Of a DNA stretch of 64,000 nt, positions 25,701-38,077 are shown one piece after another. The position numbers and the translations under genes were made by a program. Under the pieces are notes generated by a model. It was not told the DNA's origin. It did not search any database and was given only the letters and a program-made list of their open reading frames with translations. How positions within the stretch are numbered: the stretch's first letter is position 1; every line of letters starts with the position of its first letter. Source of the stretch: Hormiphora californensis (taxonomy: Eukaryota > Animalia > Ctenophora); assembly GCA_020137815.1 (NCBI GenBank), contig CM035361.1, positions 1,054,001 through 1,118,000 on the forward strand, written 5' to 3'.

Positions 25701-27067
25701 AGATCTGAAGAACACCAAACTGATAATGTATTCCCCCACTTCAGACGGAACCAGTAGTAGATCTGATGAACACTAAACTGAATGATGGTTTCTCTGAGCA
25801 GCTGATCAGGCAATATTATTTGTGATTTGTACCGATGCGCCGTGCGGAGAGATTCATGAACTGGTTATGTATCATAGGAGCATTTAAGTTGGCAATTCAT
25901 GCGTTTTGGTGATCTCCAATTTCCATGTTATGTCAATCATTATGTGTACATAATGCATAATTTGGAAAGATGCACCGTGGTGCCATTCAGTCCCTCCCTT
26001 AATAGTTTTCTACTGAGAAATGTAATTTTCCCATCATATTCTTTATTCGATTCTATGATTTGGTTGAGCGACCCAGGTGGAGGGGAAGTGATAGTGCCGG
26101 GTTCCAGCCAATTATTAGCGTAGACAGAGGGGGTGCTGGGAAGTAGAATAATATATTTCCCCCCTTAAAATCAAAGGAGGGAAGAGGGGGGGGGGAAAAA
26201 AAAAATCTGTCAAAGGAATATCCAATGGAAAGGAATTGAGTGCATTATAAGTACAAAGAGTTCTCTGTAGTCCTGGTGCGATGCCTTTAGCTGTTTACAT
26301 GTCTCGATATATGCTGTGAGGGGAGGGAGAGAGAGAGATGATAGCTAGAGAGAGATCGCGAGCGCGAGCTGGTCGTCTCGGGCGAGATCGCGAGCGCGAT
26401 AGAGCGTTAGCGAGAGAGAGCGATGCTCTCTCTCTCTCTAGCGCCTCTATTATCTCTCTCTCTATCTCGCTCTCTTCTATCCTCTCTCTCTCTCTCTGTC
26501 CCATCCCTATGTCTCTCTCCCAAATTTTATTCACTCTGATGCATTATATGTTTATTTTCCTCAAAAAGACACTGTGGGAAAAAGGCTAATACTGGCCGGG
26601 GCCATTTACTAACAACTGTGTGCCACCATACATACTGTTTACCCGCATACTGTTTACTCAATGCTTGCATAATTATGAAGCTGTATATATGAGTTTAGTG
26701 TTATTATGTCTGTCTGTCCGTCTGTTTTCTATCATGTATGTGTTTTGTCTGTCTGTAATCCTTGCATTATTATGTCTGTATGGCAATCTTGAGACCAGCT
26801 GTTTGGGTCTATTGTCTAGCTAGGAATGAGTAGACGGTCAAAGAGGCACTCACACTTTACTGCCCCCCCCCCCAGTTTACTATTATACCTCTCTTGAAGG
26901 CACTCACAGTTTACTCTCTTACTACTACTACTACTAGATAAGAGAGTAGTAGACCTCTCTTGAAGGACTATATAACAACGGGCTATGTCGTGGAAACACC
27001 TGCTGCTTTCACACGTGAACGAGGCGGGTGTGGCCATTGAGGGAGGGAGAGAGGAGAGAGAGAGAGA

Positions 27068-27147
<80 letters not shown>

Positions 27148-27419
27148 TGAGAGAGAGAGAGAGAGAGTGAGAGAGAGAGAAAGAGAGAGAGAGTTCTGAC
27201 AGTGGTAGTTTGTATGTGAAGTGAGAGTGAAATTCCAGGAAGAGTAAGCCGTGTTTGAGCCGTGTGTGAACTATGGCGTGTAAATTGTAAAAGGATTGTA
27301 ACCGAACACCGATCACACCACATTACAAAGTTAGTTGTAGTCTGCCCACGCCTTCTCAATCCTTCTCTCTCTCTCTCTCTCTCTCTCGCATCTCTCTCTT
27401 TCTCTCTCCCTCTCTCTGA

Positions 27420-27451
<32 letters not shown>

Positions 27452-27980
27452 AAACATCACATACTACTCACGAAAATATTTCTTTTCCCAGGTTTAGAGT
27501 TTTTAAAACTTAATCCCTTTTTTATTTTATTTTTATTTTCCATTGGTTCAGGTTGAGAACATTTAATTGGGCCCAAAAAGGAATTTGTGCTGTGTGACTT
27601 TGGGAGTGCTCAAAAGGGTGTTATCGATCCTGAGGTAGGTTGACGCAAAATAATCATGTTTTTAAATTTTATGGATTTCTCAGATTATCTCAAACAACAG
27701 ATCCGTAGACAAAACAAAGCAGAAAGTCGATATTTGAGAAGCTACATTAGTATGTCTATCCTATGGCTGTCTAGTGATTTATCTGTCTGTATGCATGTCT
27801 GCCTATATATGTATGCCCTATCTCGGCCATATATCTCTGCATCTTTCATCCAATAAGGCAAATATTCAAAATAGTATGCTAATTTTAGAATACAGAAATT
27901 GCATATATGGTTCCACTATCCAGACATCAGTCTCCCTGTGAGACATATATCTTCTATATTTCTCTGGCCCTGATCTTTGA

Positions 27981-28012
<32 letters not shown>

Positions 28013-31000
28013 CTCAAGTAATTTTATCCTATCTCAGTATTTCCTTTTCAGATTCAAGGACACACGTTTGTCGAGGAAGAAATCAACAAGTACGTCCTTT
28101 TTTAGATCTCTCTCTCTATCTCTCTCTCAAGCTCTATATTATATCTCTTACTCTCCTATCTACTCGTCCGGATCTCTCTCTATCTCTCTCTCTCTCTCCC
28201 TCTCATCCGATCTCTATATCACCTATATCTCATTTGATTCTGAGATAAATAAACCATGCAAGCCATGACAGAGAGAGAATGCTTATTTTTGCTTGGGGTT
28301 TACACCTCAGGTGGTATCACTAGTTTTCAAGTCTCACATCAGTCGAAAGTCCACTCTGTACGCATGGGCGGGGTGCGCGTGTCTCCACGCGCGGTCCAGG
28401 TCCACCGGCACAACTTTGTCGGAGATCAGTTTGAAATTCTGGAGCAATGAATCTGATTACTGCAGCAAAACCCCCATCCCTTCCTAACTAATTCGTATCA
28501 GGTATACTACGGTGGCGTATCGTGCCCCCGAAATGTGTGATTTGTACAGCGGCTATACTATCGGCTGTCCTGCTGACTGTTGGGTAAGTAAGCGCCGGTT
28601 TAAAGACCTAATCATTCTCGCGGTGCCTTGTCTTCAGCAAGACTTTTTTTGGAATTAATCAGCGAATTAAATAGTTTGACAGCATATAATATAAGTTTGA
28701 CAGCATATAACTTTTGGCACTATCTCTCTCCTTCTCCCACCACCACAGGCACTGGGAGTTCTCCTGTACAAACTATGTTTCTTCACTACTCCATTTGATG
28801 AAAATACCCTGGCCATCGCACGGGCTAGATTCACAATACCAGCCACTAAAGATAGATATAGTGAGCAACTTATTTCTGTGATTACCGATACATTGAAGCC
28901 AAACCCAGCTGAGAGATTGACTAACTGGAACAGATTCTGTCTCGATTGAGGGTACGTGAACTAATATTGAGTCGCCTGACAATATATCCGGGCTACTCAG
29001 TATGAGCAATTCAATACATACTTTCTTTATACCATTTATTTTAGTTTCCATGCCCCCTATTCATCTAGTACATAATATTAGCTATTTGTTACATTTTACA
29101 GGGTGAGGAAAGCAAACCTGCCCCACCAGTAGCACGAAGTGTTCCAGTCGCTACCCCAGCTCCTGTTGCTGTTCCTGTTTCAAAACCAATCAGAGTGGAA
29201 CACCGTGGGTACGAAACATTATATTTGTACAATTGGTTCTTGCAAAGCAATAGTTACTCAACATTTCAATTTAAATGCCAAATCACAAATATAATTTAAT
29301 GGGAATTTAGCTCTTGATCAATGATCATCGTAAGATGCCATAGTTTTCACGCAATTTGAGATATACCAGTCTCAATCAATTAAAATTTGATTCCTCCCTC
29401 TCCAGGTCAGATGATACACCGCTCTCCTCCACACCTCCCTCTCAAACCGCCATCCCCCGCTCTCGACCGTGGCTCCAAACCCCCACCCCTGGACTCCCTA
29501 CTCCTCACATCACCCCATACCCCCAAAATAACGCCTCCCCAACAACAAAATAGTGTTCCCCAATCCCGGGAACGGAATTCCTCATCAAACAGCTCGAATA
29601 ACACCAGGCCTGTCCAACAACGACCACCACCCGCCCCAGCTTCAATACCCCGACCTCAACCCACCACCACCCCTCAACAATCCTTCTCCTCAACCTCATT
29701 CCCCTCCTCCAACACCACCACTGCACTCCCACGGACCACAACTAATGCTACCCCAACCACCCATCGTCCACGTCCAAACCACCCTCAACCACTTACAACC
29801 ACCCATCTTCCCCGACCTAACCACCCACAACCACCCACAACAACAACCCCAACCACCCATCTTCCTCGACCTAACCGGGACCGGGCTGCCTCCTCAAATC
29901 TGCCTACACGAGAGAGGGAGGTGTCCGGTGGTAACAGAGATCGGTCTGTGTCCGCCCTAACAACAACAACACGAGGCAGTGGTGATCCGTGGGGAGGGAA
30001 CCCTGGGGTGCAGGTCAGTGGTTACATGATCTGTAAGATGTTTTAGTAACCAGTGGTTACATGCAATGTTATGTTTGTTAGATGTTTGTGCTAGATGATA
30101 TCTGTGAATGAAATGTAACTCTATGTTTCTCTCTCGACTCTCTCAGTATCCTAGAAATTAACCCCCACGGGTGCACCCATTTCTCACTTTTATGCCCCTC
30201 TTTCCCTTGTCCCGAATCTCGTTTCTCCTTTATGCCCCTTTTTCCCTCGCCCCGAATCTCGTTTCTCCCTTCAGCGGCAGGCCTCTGATCTGGTATACCT
30301 CCCACCGCCCCCAGCATCACCCTCTAGCAGGCCAAGTTCCCACCGGGGCCATAGTCGCACTCGATCGGACTGCACCGGCATCAAGAAACTTCAGGTTCGA
30401 ATAATGTCATGATTGCCCTTTGGCTTGTGTTATTGATTCTGATATATTATACAGTTGGACACCGGTAAATGGTGGTCCGACTGTAGACACTTGTGTTCCT
30501 CTTCTCCCAATTTCTCTGTTCAGAGTTTTGACCAGTTTAAAAGTGTCGATACGAACCCGTTCCGGAATTCAGCCGAGACACTCAATAACCCATCTTTACG
30601 GGGCAGTGCAACGGGGTTAGACCAGTTTTCATTCCCTCACCGACTATCCAATTCTCAGCTATTTCAGGTGCATGGGAGATGGAGCGAGATAAATACAGAG
30701 ACAGAGACAGTATACTATCTTTTACTTTGCGAATGTACTTCTCTGAAGCATATCAAATATATAACCTAGTCTAATAACCACCTTATAACCCAGTCTGCTA
30801 ACCACTTTCTAACCACCTTTAGGGAAGTATAGGAAGTTTTGGTGGAAGTCAAGACTGGTCCTCAAACCCATTTGAACCGCCCGAACCATCCCCAACCGTT
30901 GAAGATGAGTTCCTCAAACTATCCCTCCGAAATACTGCCCCAAAACCCACCAAGGTTTCTAGAGCACAAAGTATGTCCGGGTTTTTGTGGGTTTTCTTTT

Positions 31001-31558
31001 CTGTGAAATTTAGGGATTTTTTTTAATCTTTCTTGGTAGTTTTTATCAATAGCAGCGTGTTTTATTCTGTTTTGGGTTTTTTGTCTGATATTACATGATA
31101 TATTTCCCTTCCTCTCTGCCCGATCCTCAGACGTCTAACTTATACCCAAGCGTTTTCATATAGCCCGAAAAGCAGCAGTGGAGCAGGAAGGAAACCAGTC
31201 GTTGTCAAACGTGCCACCGTCGTTACCCAGCAACGCCATGAAGAATTCTAGTAGTGGGTCAACACATGAGCAATACCCATCACTGGTGAGTGGAATGTTG
31301 CCCCCCCCCCCCCCCCGAATGTTGTTAGTGTTTAGCCCCACGCGGGAAACCTCTTTTACAAATATAAAGGAGGGTTACAACATAGCAAACTAACAACTGA
31401 TATATTTATTGCAGGTAGCTGCTGAAGAGTCACCACGCCGTAGAAGGGCAGTAAGACTACACTTATTTGGGAGATCAAAAACCAAGGATTCACCCTCATC
31501 TGCTACTTCAGACCCAATCGGTGGAGTTGTCAGTAACCCGCTCCACGATAACTTTTGA
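19778..31558 (+). CDS. AAK1: NAK-family Ser/Thr kinase (AAK1/BMP2K-like) with a Pro/Thr-rich tail, multi-exon; apparent frameshifts at ~25750-25890, ~27560 and ~28925 are probably sequencing errors
   Basis: MRKLFSRQ|...VDEVIAE|GGFSFVFL...YALKRMLVNNQADLDNCKQEISLM|KEMHKHPAVV...EILLLMMHYP|NGTVVDLMNTKL...|VENI..FVLCDFGSA|..EEEINK|YTTVAYRAPEMCDLYSG..ADCW|ALGVLLYKLCFFTTPF; last exon ends NPLHDNF*. Confidence 0.9.
20685..20750 (-). mobile_element. Helitron-like 3' terminus (GC-rich hairpins followed by CTAG|T)
   Basis: Minus strand reads CCCGGCGAAGCCGGG...GCGCACCCAATGGGTGCGCTAG|TT. Confidence 0.55.
21635..21707. repeat. (TTTG)n microsatellite abutting a kinase donor site
   Basis: Direct reading. 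Confidence 0.95.
21971..22043 (+). pseudogene. Degenerate tRNA-like sequence (tRNA pseudogene or SINE head)
   Basis: A box TGGTCTAATGG and B box GGTTCAAATC at tRNA-like spacing, with a T-run at ~22055; the acceptor stem does not pair well. Confidence 0.55.
22126..24500 (+). mobile_element. 5'-truncated, frameshifted non-LTR retrotransposon (RT C-terminus, RNase H, CCHC, long 3' UTR, (CA)n tail); I-group-like
   Basis: YLGITLDKNLNYKAHV, YGAGIW, AYTDGS, AELLAI, IHTDS, VKALANIEGNERADQIAK and CELCG...H...C; lies in kinase intron 4. Confidence 0.9.
25495..25780 (+). repeat. 57-bp tandem repeat x5 spanning the splice acceptor of a kinase exon
   Basis: Unit ATTATGTATTCCCCCACTTCAG|ACGGGACAGTAGTAGATCTGATGAACACCAAACTG. 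Confidence 0.93.
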
Positions 31559-31838
31559 AATGATGAACTGTCGATGATTTAGTGAACTTTTGGTGATTTT
31601 TGGCAAGCTGTTGTTGAGAATGGTTTGTCTGATTGCATATATATTGGACATTTAACCAGAGAGTCGCCTAATTCATTTTGGGTAGGTTATATTACACAAG
31701 AGAATTGTTGAGTGTTTTGTGAATGAGGAGAGAGAGAGTGGTGGTATTCTAACCCTCCTTTACATTTGAGAGAGCGCAGAGAAATTCTCTCAGAGATACT
31801 ATTAGTAGAACTGAATAATGAGAATGTGTATAATATTG

Positions 31839-31895
31839 TTGGTAACGAAGTAACCCCTCCCTTGCCAGCGTGCGAAGGGGTTATTTCGTAACCAA
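31839..31895. mobile_element. 57-bp TTGG...CCAA MITE with 9-bp TSD ATAATATTG
   Basis: TIR similar to the 2556 element; TSD at 31830..31838 and 31896..31904. Confidence 0.8.
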
Positions 31896-33029
31896 ATAAT
31901 ATTGCAGGGTATTTTCCCGCTAAATTGTTAGCGCAGAGCGTTCACTCGAGATGTTTATATAGGTTTCCGTTTTGTGCAGTATAGCTGATATGATGATCTA
32001 ATATATAATGTGCTATCAGCGATAATTTGAGGTGACTTTAATCAGGACTCATTGAAATTGGAACTGATGAGTAGTTTTTGTGAAGTTTAGTGTGTCAATT
32101 AGTCGACTCCGGGTTATGAAGATATAATATGCAAATATTATGTACTAGATTTGAGAGTTTCATGTTCAGTATGAATATGTGTTGTTCGTGTGTGAGCTGC
32201 CTGGCGGCACTTGATTTGACAGTACACGCCCAGATCGGGTCGGCACTGCCAGATGTGGACATCATGCGAGAGATAGAGAGGAGTTGTGTTTTTTGTTGGT
32301 TTGTCTATATCTCGATCAGTTGAAATTGTATACAAACAACGATTGTTAATTACTCTTTCATATTGTGCATTTAAAGTTCTGAGTTTTGAAATTGTTGGAA
32401 ATATATCAAACAAAATCGAAGCTGCTAACTCCCTCTTTATACTTTTCTCCCTAAATCTACTCAGACGCACGTATTCCTATTTTCCGATTCCCGAATAGCG
32501 CTCTCTCCCTTTTCAACTCTAAGTTAGAGCTCGATTTTGGTTGATTCAAACGGTTACATTGGCACCTGTATGGTGGCGCCAACCCCATTTGACAGTGCGC
32601 CCAGATGGCGGCGCCAGACAGATTGGCACTGTCACTGTCAGAGCTTGGTGACATCATAGATACCAGCGCTTGCTAGATCGAGGTCACAGGCAGCGACTGA
32701 GATCGAGCTGGTGATTATGCTGTCTGGCGCCGCGACCCATCTGAGCGCACAGTCGAGCGCTCAATTTGAGAATCAAATGGGGTATGGCGCCGCCATATAG
32801 TGATTAGGTGGCAATGGTACCGGCAATACCAGAGCGATGTATGACTGACATGACAGCATATTGACATCCGACAAAACACTAATATACGCTTTAAAACTCA
32901 TGGATTCTAGCACTGCTAGCATACAATTATCAATATTCAAAGCTCTTCGGGTCACCGGTCATTACATGGTGGTCTTCACCTGGTCATTTTTATATTCTTC
33001 TCTCCGACTGGCTGTTATCAAAGTTTAAT

Positions 33030-34244
33030 TTAAACCCTGACACACTTCCACTTGAGATTCAGATACTTCTTCTTTCCATTGCATCTCTTGGGAAGGTTCT
33101 TGAATTTTCCCTGAGAGGCGTCAATTGTAACAAGAAGTCCTGTCTTGTGTCGGACAGGCTCAATATGGAAATGTGGACCATGATTTAGTGCATAGTAAAC
33201 AGACCGACAGTAATATCATACGTCTCATACACACAGTCTCCACTCCATGCTCCAGTGCTCTCCCCTCTCCACTGAGTATGTCACTGTCAGGCCGATGCTT
33301 GAAAAAAATGAGAATAGGATCAGGCCAATGTCCTGACAGCACTTGTTGAGTCAACAAGACAGCATTAAATTGGGCGTGACACCCCCCCCCCCCCCAAACC
33401 CCCAACACACACGGGACATATTGTATTCTCATTTCTCACCTGAGAGCGGACTACTTTTCCGGTACACCCAGAGATTCTCGAGCTGGTACACTTTCCCATC
33501 TTTTTGGACGCTCCATATTTAGCGGATGTTATCCTTATCTTCCTTCCTGTAATTCGGAAATGAGACTGGGGTACGGCCCTGATCAGGTCTCCTGACATTA
33601 ATTAGAATAGCCCTGGCCCATTCAATGAATCAATTAGATTGGATTGGAAACCCCGGACCGGTCGAGGTCATAGTACTTGCGGGGTGCCTGTCAGGCCAAT
33701 GCTCTGACCACAGTTCTCGCACGAGAATGGGTCAGGCCAATGCTCTGACAGCGGGGTGCACGATACAGTCAGTGCCTGACAACAAACATCAGGATCCATT
33801 TTGTATCATGATCCATTTTGAAACTGGTCCCACACTGTCATGACAGTGAGGGGAATAAATCTTACCTGCCGGGCATCTGATAGTCTTTTTGGGTCCCTTG
33901 TACTTGCTTCCCTTGTGGGATCGATCGCAGATATACGTCTGGAGTCCTGAAAAAGACAGTTGTTTTTCAACAACTTGTTGGCTAGCAAACTTCTTTGGCA
34001 AACACATGCACAATTGGCAAAACATCAATTCGAGTACAAAATACACTACACGACAAAGTGAAACAAGTTATATCACTTTCTTCTCTTGCTCTTGGGAATC
34101 CCGGAATAAAGCTAGTGGGAAATAAACAAATCGTGTGTACAAAATGTACTATCCAAATGTATTCACTACTATTCGAGTTCAAACAGATTTACCTGAAACA
34201 AAAACGATGAGCGTCAGTGCTAGAACAAACCCTGTTAACCTCAT
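33030..34244 (-). CDS. Secreted single-domain SUEL/rhamnose-binding-type lectin, ~4 exons; the last exon has indel noise
   Basis: Signal peptide MRLTGFVLALTLIVFVS|GLQTYICD...TIRCPA|GRKIRITSAKYG...CTSSRISGCTGKVVRSQ|..SC.IDAS...RCNGKKKYLNLKWKCVRV*; the Cys pattern and KYLxxxxxC match SUEL domains. Confidence 0.75.
33688..33751. mobile_element. Short CTGTCAG...CTGACAG MITE with 8-bp TSD CGGGGTGC (family: 49808..49921 TSD CTTTTTAT; 52840..52910 TSD GAGTATCG; degenerate copy ~33284-33339)
   Basis: Three copies have perfect, different 8-bp TSDs; internal direct repeat GTCAGGCCAATGCTCTGAC. Confidence 0.85.
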
Positions 34245-34323
34245 CGTGTTGGTCTAAATGAGAAATTTAATCAATTATTATATTTGTATCAACAACAAAT
34301 TTACACGGTGCTCCTAGGAGCTC

Positions 34324-34427
34324 CTGAAGGACGTTCAACCTGGACCAGAGCGCCCAAAGGCCCCCTCTATAGGTCGTACAACTAGTAGTTTAGCTGGGTG
34401 CTCTGGTCAAGGTTGAATGTCCTTCAG
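34324..34427. repeat. Imperfect ~33-bp inverted repeat (MITE-like) upstream of the lectin
   Basis: CTGAAGGACGTTCAACCTGGACCAGAGCGCCCA / TGGGTGCTCTGGTCAAGGTTGAATGTCCTTCAG; no TSD seen. Confidence 0.65.
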
Positions 34428-34630
34428 AAGTGTGTGATGAAGACTGGAGAGGATTATTATTGTGACACAAACAACTACACTGACACACTCGGACAAAAAG
34501 AATTGATTTAATGGAAGCCAAGTAAACAAGTCACACTCTATAATTGTAAAGGATATAAGATTGCATAGGTGGCACTGTTATATATATTATGTGGTGCAGT
34601 ACGAGCTCCTCCCTTAGGTCTCCCTGATAT

Positions 34631-34938
<308 letters not shown>

Positions 34939-35764
34939 GGCTTTACTACCATCAAGAAACAACAAATTGGTGATATAATAGTGAATTTGAACTTTATATA
35001 ATTGATCGCTAGAGTTGGGTTCCTATACTTCTTCATAACTTGCATGGCATTTCAGCTGAGTATCTACATATATGTAGAATGCGGAAGGAGGGTTGATGGT
35101 GTCACAATCTAAACAATCTGCAGATGTATGGGGTTGGTCAATGCAGTCGGTATGTTCTATCATGCAAGATAGCACTTTACCTCCGCTATACCTTGACTCC
35201 CGAGATTGGTCTGTTATAGTACTAATTAAACAATCGTTATTCTACGTACGTGTTACTTGAACACGTGTTTTGCCAGGAATATTCCTTACTCTCAGTCCCA
35301 TTTTTCATGCATATGTTTTATCTGAGTTGGGGCTTGAGTAGAGTATTTGATGTCCATGAGGCAGACTTATCTAAGAACCAGGTTAGATAAGTCTGTCTCG
35401 TGTTCTTCAAACCTGACGTAGGTTCATTCTGCAGTATATTATATATTATATACGTCTCGGCTTTTCTCGTGATGTGGTTTGATTTGCAATCTGTTACTTG
35501 TATGTGGGTGTTGTGTAAAGTGTGTGGGTGATGTCTACAGCAGTATTTGTTATGTTCTAACCCTCCCTTTACATTTGTAAAGGAAGGGCTCGCTAAAGGC
35601 AGTCTATAGCTTGGCAACAGCTGCAGTATAGTGCATATTATTACAATATCCACGACTTTTATGATAGTCCATCCTTTTTCTTTCTTTGTTTTTAGAAATT
35701 GTGCTTTACTAAAGCAATAAATGATCGCTTCCAAGACGCATCTTAAAAAACTTTTCTTTTTAGG

Positions 35765-38077
35765 ATGGCTCTAGTTCCACCAGTATCGGAGTGCGAATTC
35801 AATTCGTATTTCAACTTATCCCAGATAACCAATGAATTTGCTGCCGTCCATCCTGAGCACCAGATAGTAAGCGGTGGTATGAAGTGGCATCTGAGATTAA
35901 AGAAAAACGGTGATCACCTTGGGGTCTATCTACATTGTAACAAGGCAGAGAATCCAAAAGACTGGAATTGGACAGTTCGGATAACGATTCGGCTTCGGAA
36001 CGGGAAACCGCCGCATCAGGAAGGGCTTCGCAAGGTGATTGAAAAAACTGTTTACTCGCCGAAACACCCTACCATAAAGGGTTGGGGAAAGTTCATTACA
36101 CTTAAAGATCTTGCTTACTTTGCAAAAGATGGTACATTCATGTTGCACGTTGAGGTAGAAAACTATCAATCTGAGTGTTTCTTTGAACAAACTATTCTGC
36201 GAAAACCCCGGCCAATTGAGTTTGACTGCCTCGTTCCTGTTTCTGACTTGGGTATTTACGAGTACGAACCTTTGACTATCAACTACTCCGAAGACTACAA
36301 TCTATGGTTTGCATCATTTTGGAAAAGTGAAGAAAACCGGTTGATGATTAAACTTCAGGGCTTTTTTGAGTGCAAACTGATGAAAGGACATCCATGTTAC
36401 TCACTGGCTGTCACTGTCAAGACGGAAAATGGAAAAGTGCTTGAAAAAACAACTCCTGCTTTCAATGAGGTCTGGTTGGAAACGGCGTCTTTGGAAAGCA
36501 TCGCAATACCAGAAGATTTGAGCAAAATTTTTGTACTGTTCGAGATTTTTAATAGTTGCTCAAAAACGTATTTAAGCAACCGAAAGCCTGGAATAGAGCA
36601 CCTTTACCATCCATCTCATGGAAACTTTACCCTGAAGCTGGAGGGAGATAAGATTAGTGTTAACTCTTACATCCTCTGCCACAACTCATCCGTCTTCCGA
36701 GAAGTGATCGAAGAGAACGGGGAGATCGAACATGATGTCAGCGACTTCAGCCCACAGTCAGTCCACATTTTTGTTAATGCGTGCTACACTGGGAACTTGA
36801 AAAAACTTGATGGAACTTCATTGTCGGTGTACAAGGATGTTGCTAAAATGTTGATGGTCTTTAAGGTGAATTGGAGTAAAAGTGAGCTACAGGAATATTA
36901 TGATAAACTCCTGGAGGCTGAGTATTTCCAAACTTTCGAGGGGTTTGTGGAATACTCTGATATCGCATTAATGATGTGTATCAAGTTTAAATGCGTTCAA
37001 TTTTTGGACCAATTCCTGGTAACTGTGAAGAAACACCAAAGCAGGATGTCCATTCACATCAGACGGATGATGTTCAAGACAACAAAATTGGCACAACTAG
37101 ATCTTATCATGGTGTTAGTGGCTTTGGCTCCATTGCAACCTATTCTCGCTCCGCGAAGAATAGGCTCCCGGCCTGTGGACAGCAAGAACTCACGTGCGCG
37201 CGATGTAAAGCACGTTTTCAGCAGTGGGACTATCAAATCGCGCGCGATATACTGTTTTAGCAGGCATTTTTAGCCGACATAGCACTACCAAAACCCCAAT
37301 TATCGCCTCAATTGGCACTTTGATGTATCGGCGGGTATTTTCCCATACTCACAAGGCCATGACGATTCACCCAGTACCCGCAGATTGTCCCAGGACCGAG
37401 TAGGAGCTTGCAGCCAGGTCTTTAAAGAATTGCTCATGTTTAGCGTCAATTTTGACCCACTATTCCTCAAATGCTGATATTCGCGGGTATTTTCCGTAAA
37501 ACTAGAGACAATTATCTGCCAGGAGCAACAAACGAGATGCAAATCGGTTCAGTAGTTCCTTGCAGCCAGGTCTTTGAAAAAGTTTGCTCTAAAATCAATA
37601 ACGCGCCGGAGGCCTAGATGTGAGATCGATCTCGGTCGCTGCGCGACCTCGATCTCACTCAGGCATCAATGTGGCCAATTAGTGGCTTACTTGCAACTCT
37701 TCCGTGAGTTTATAGCTCAAATCAAGACCCTCCTTGAGGTCGGCCGTCAGCATCTTCCTGCCCTGAAGTATATCTTGGAAAACTTCCAATTTCCCTTTGG
37801 CGTCGTCCACAGTAGGACCGATTTGAATGAGTTTCTGTATATTGCAGCTGATCACGATGAGCTGAAATTTATCTTTAACTTTGTTGAAGCAGTGCAAGCA
37901 GAAGCAAAACTAACATCACCGAGGACACCGGGACCACTAGTTGAGGATGGCACACTAGCTACAATGGCACGATCCATCTGGAGCAAAGATAGTCAATCAG
38001 TCTGGCCGTGCGTCATGTTTAAAAATATTTGCGGTTTGCGTCCTTTTTGTGTGGAAAGGAGAAATTTGGAAAAGTGA
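35765..38077 (+). CDS. Intronless MATH(-MATH)-BTB protein interrupted by a 555-bp insertion (premature stop at 37273)
   Basis: MATH motifs GGMKWHLRL, HLGVYLHC and GWGKFI..DL...DGTF; BTB segment NFTLKLEGDKISVNSYILCHNSSVFREVI; the frame rejoins LVAYLQLFRE on removing the insert. Confidence 0.8.
37124..37678. mobile_element. 555-bp non-autonomous DNA transposon with 9-bp TSD TTAGTGGCT
   Basis: TSD at 37115..37123 and 37679..37687; imperfect TIR TTGGCTCCATTG / CAATGTGGCCAA. Confidence 0.88.

Noticed and set aside
25495-25780. CTGATGA in each 57-bp unit as a hammerhead ribozyme core, or the array as CRISPR-like
   Set aside because: There is no stem II followed by GAAA and no unique spacers; the motif is coding sequence (D-L-M-N) of the kinase exon.
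26210-26320. Candidate kinase subdomain VI exon
   Set aside because: The better match (NDGFSEQLIRQ..CDL.DA...H....HR) lies at 25745-25890; this stretch is noisy intron.
37124-37678. Insertion as an introner (precisely spliced transposon)
   Set aside because: The available GT/AG combinations at the TSDs shift the reading frame.
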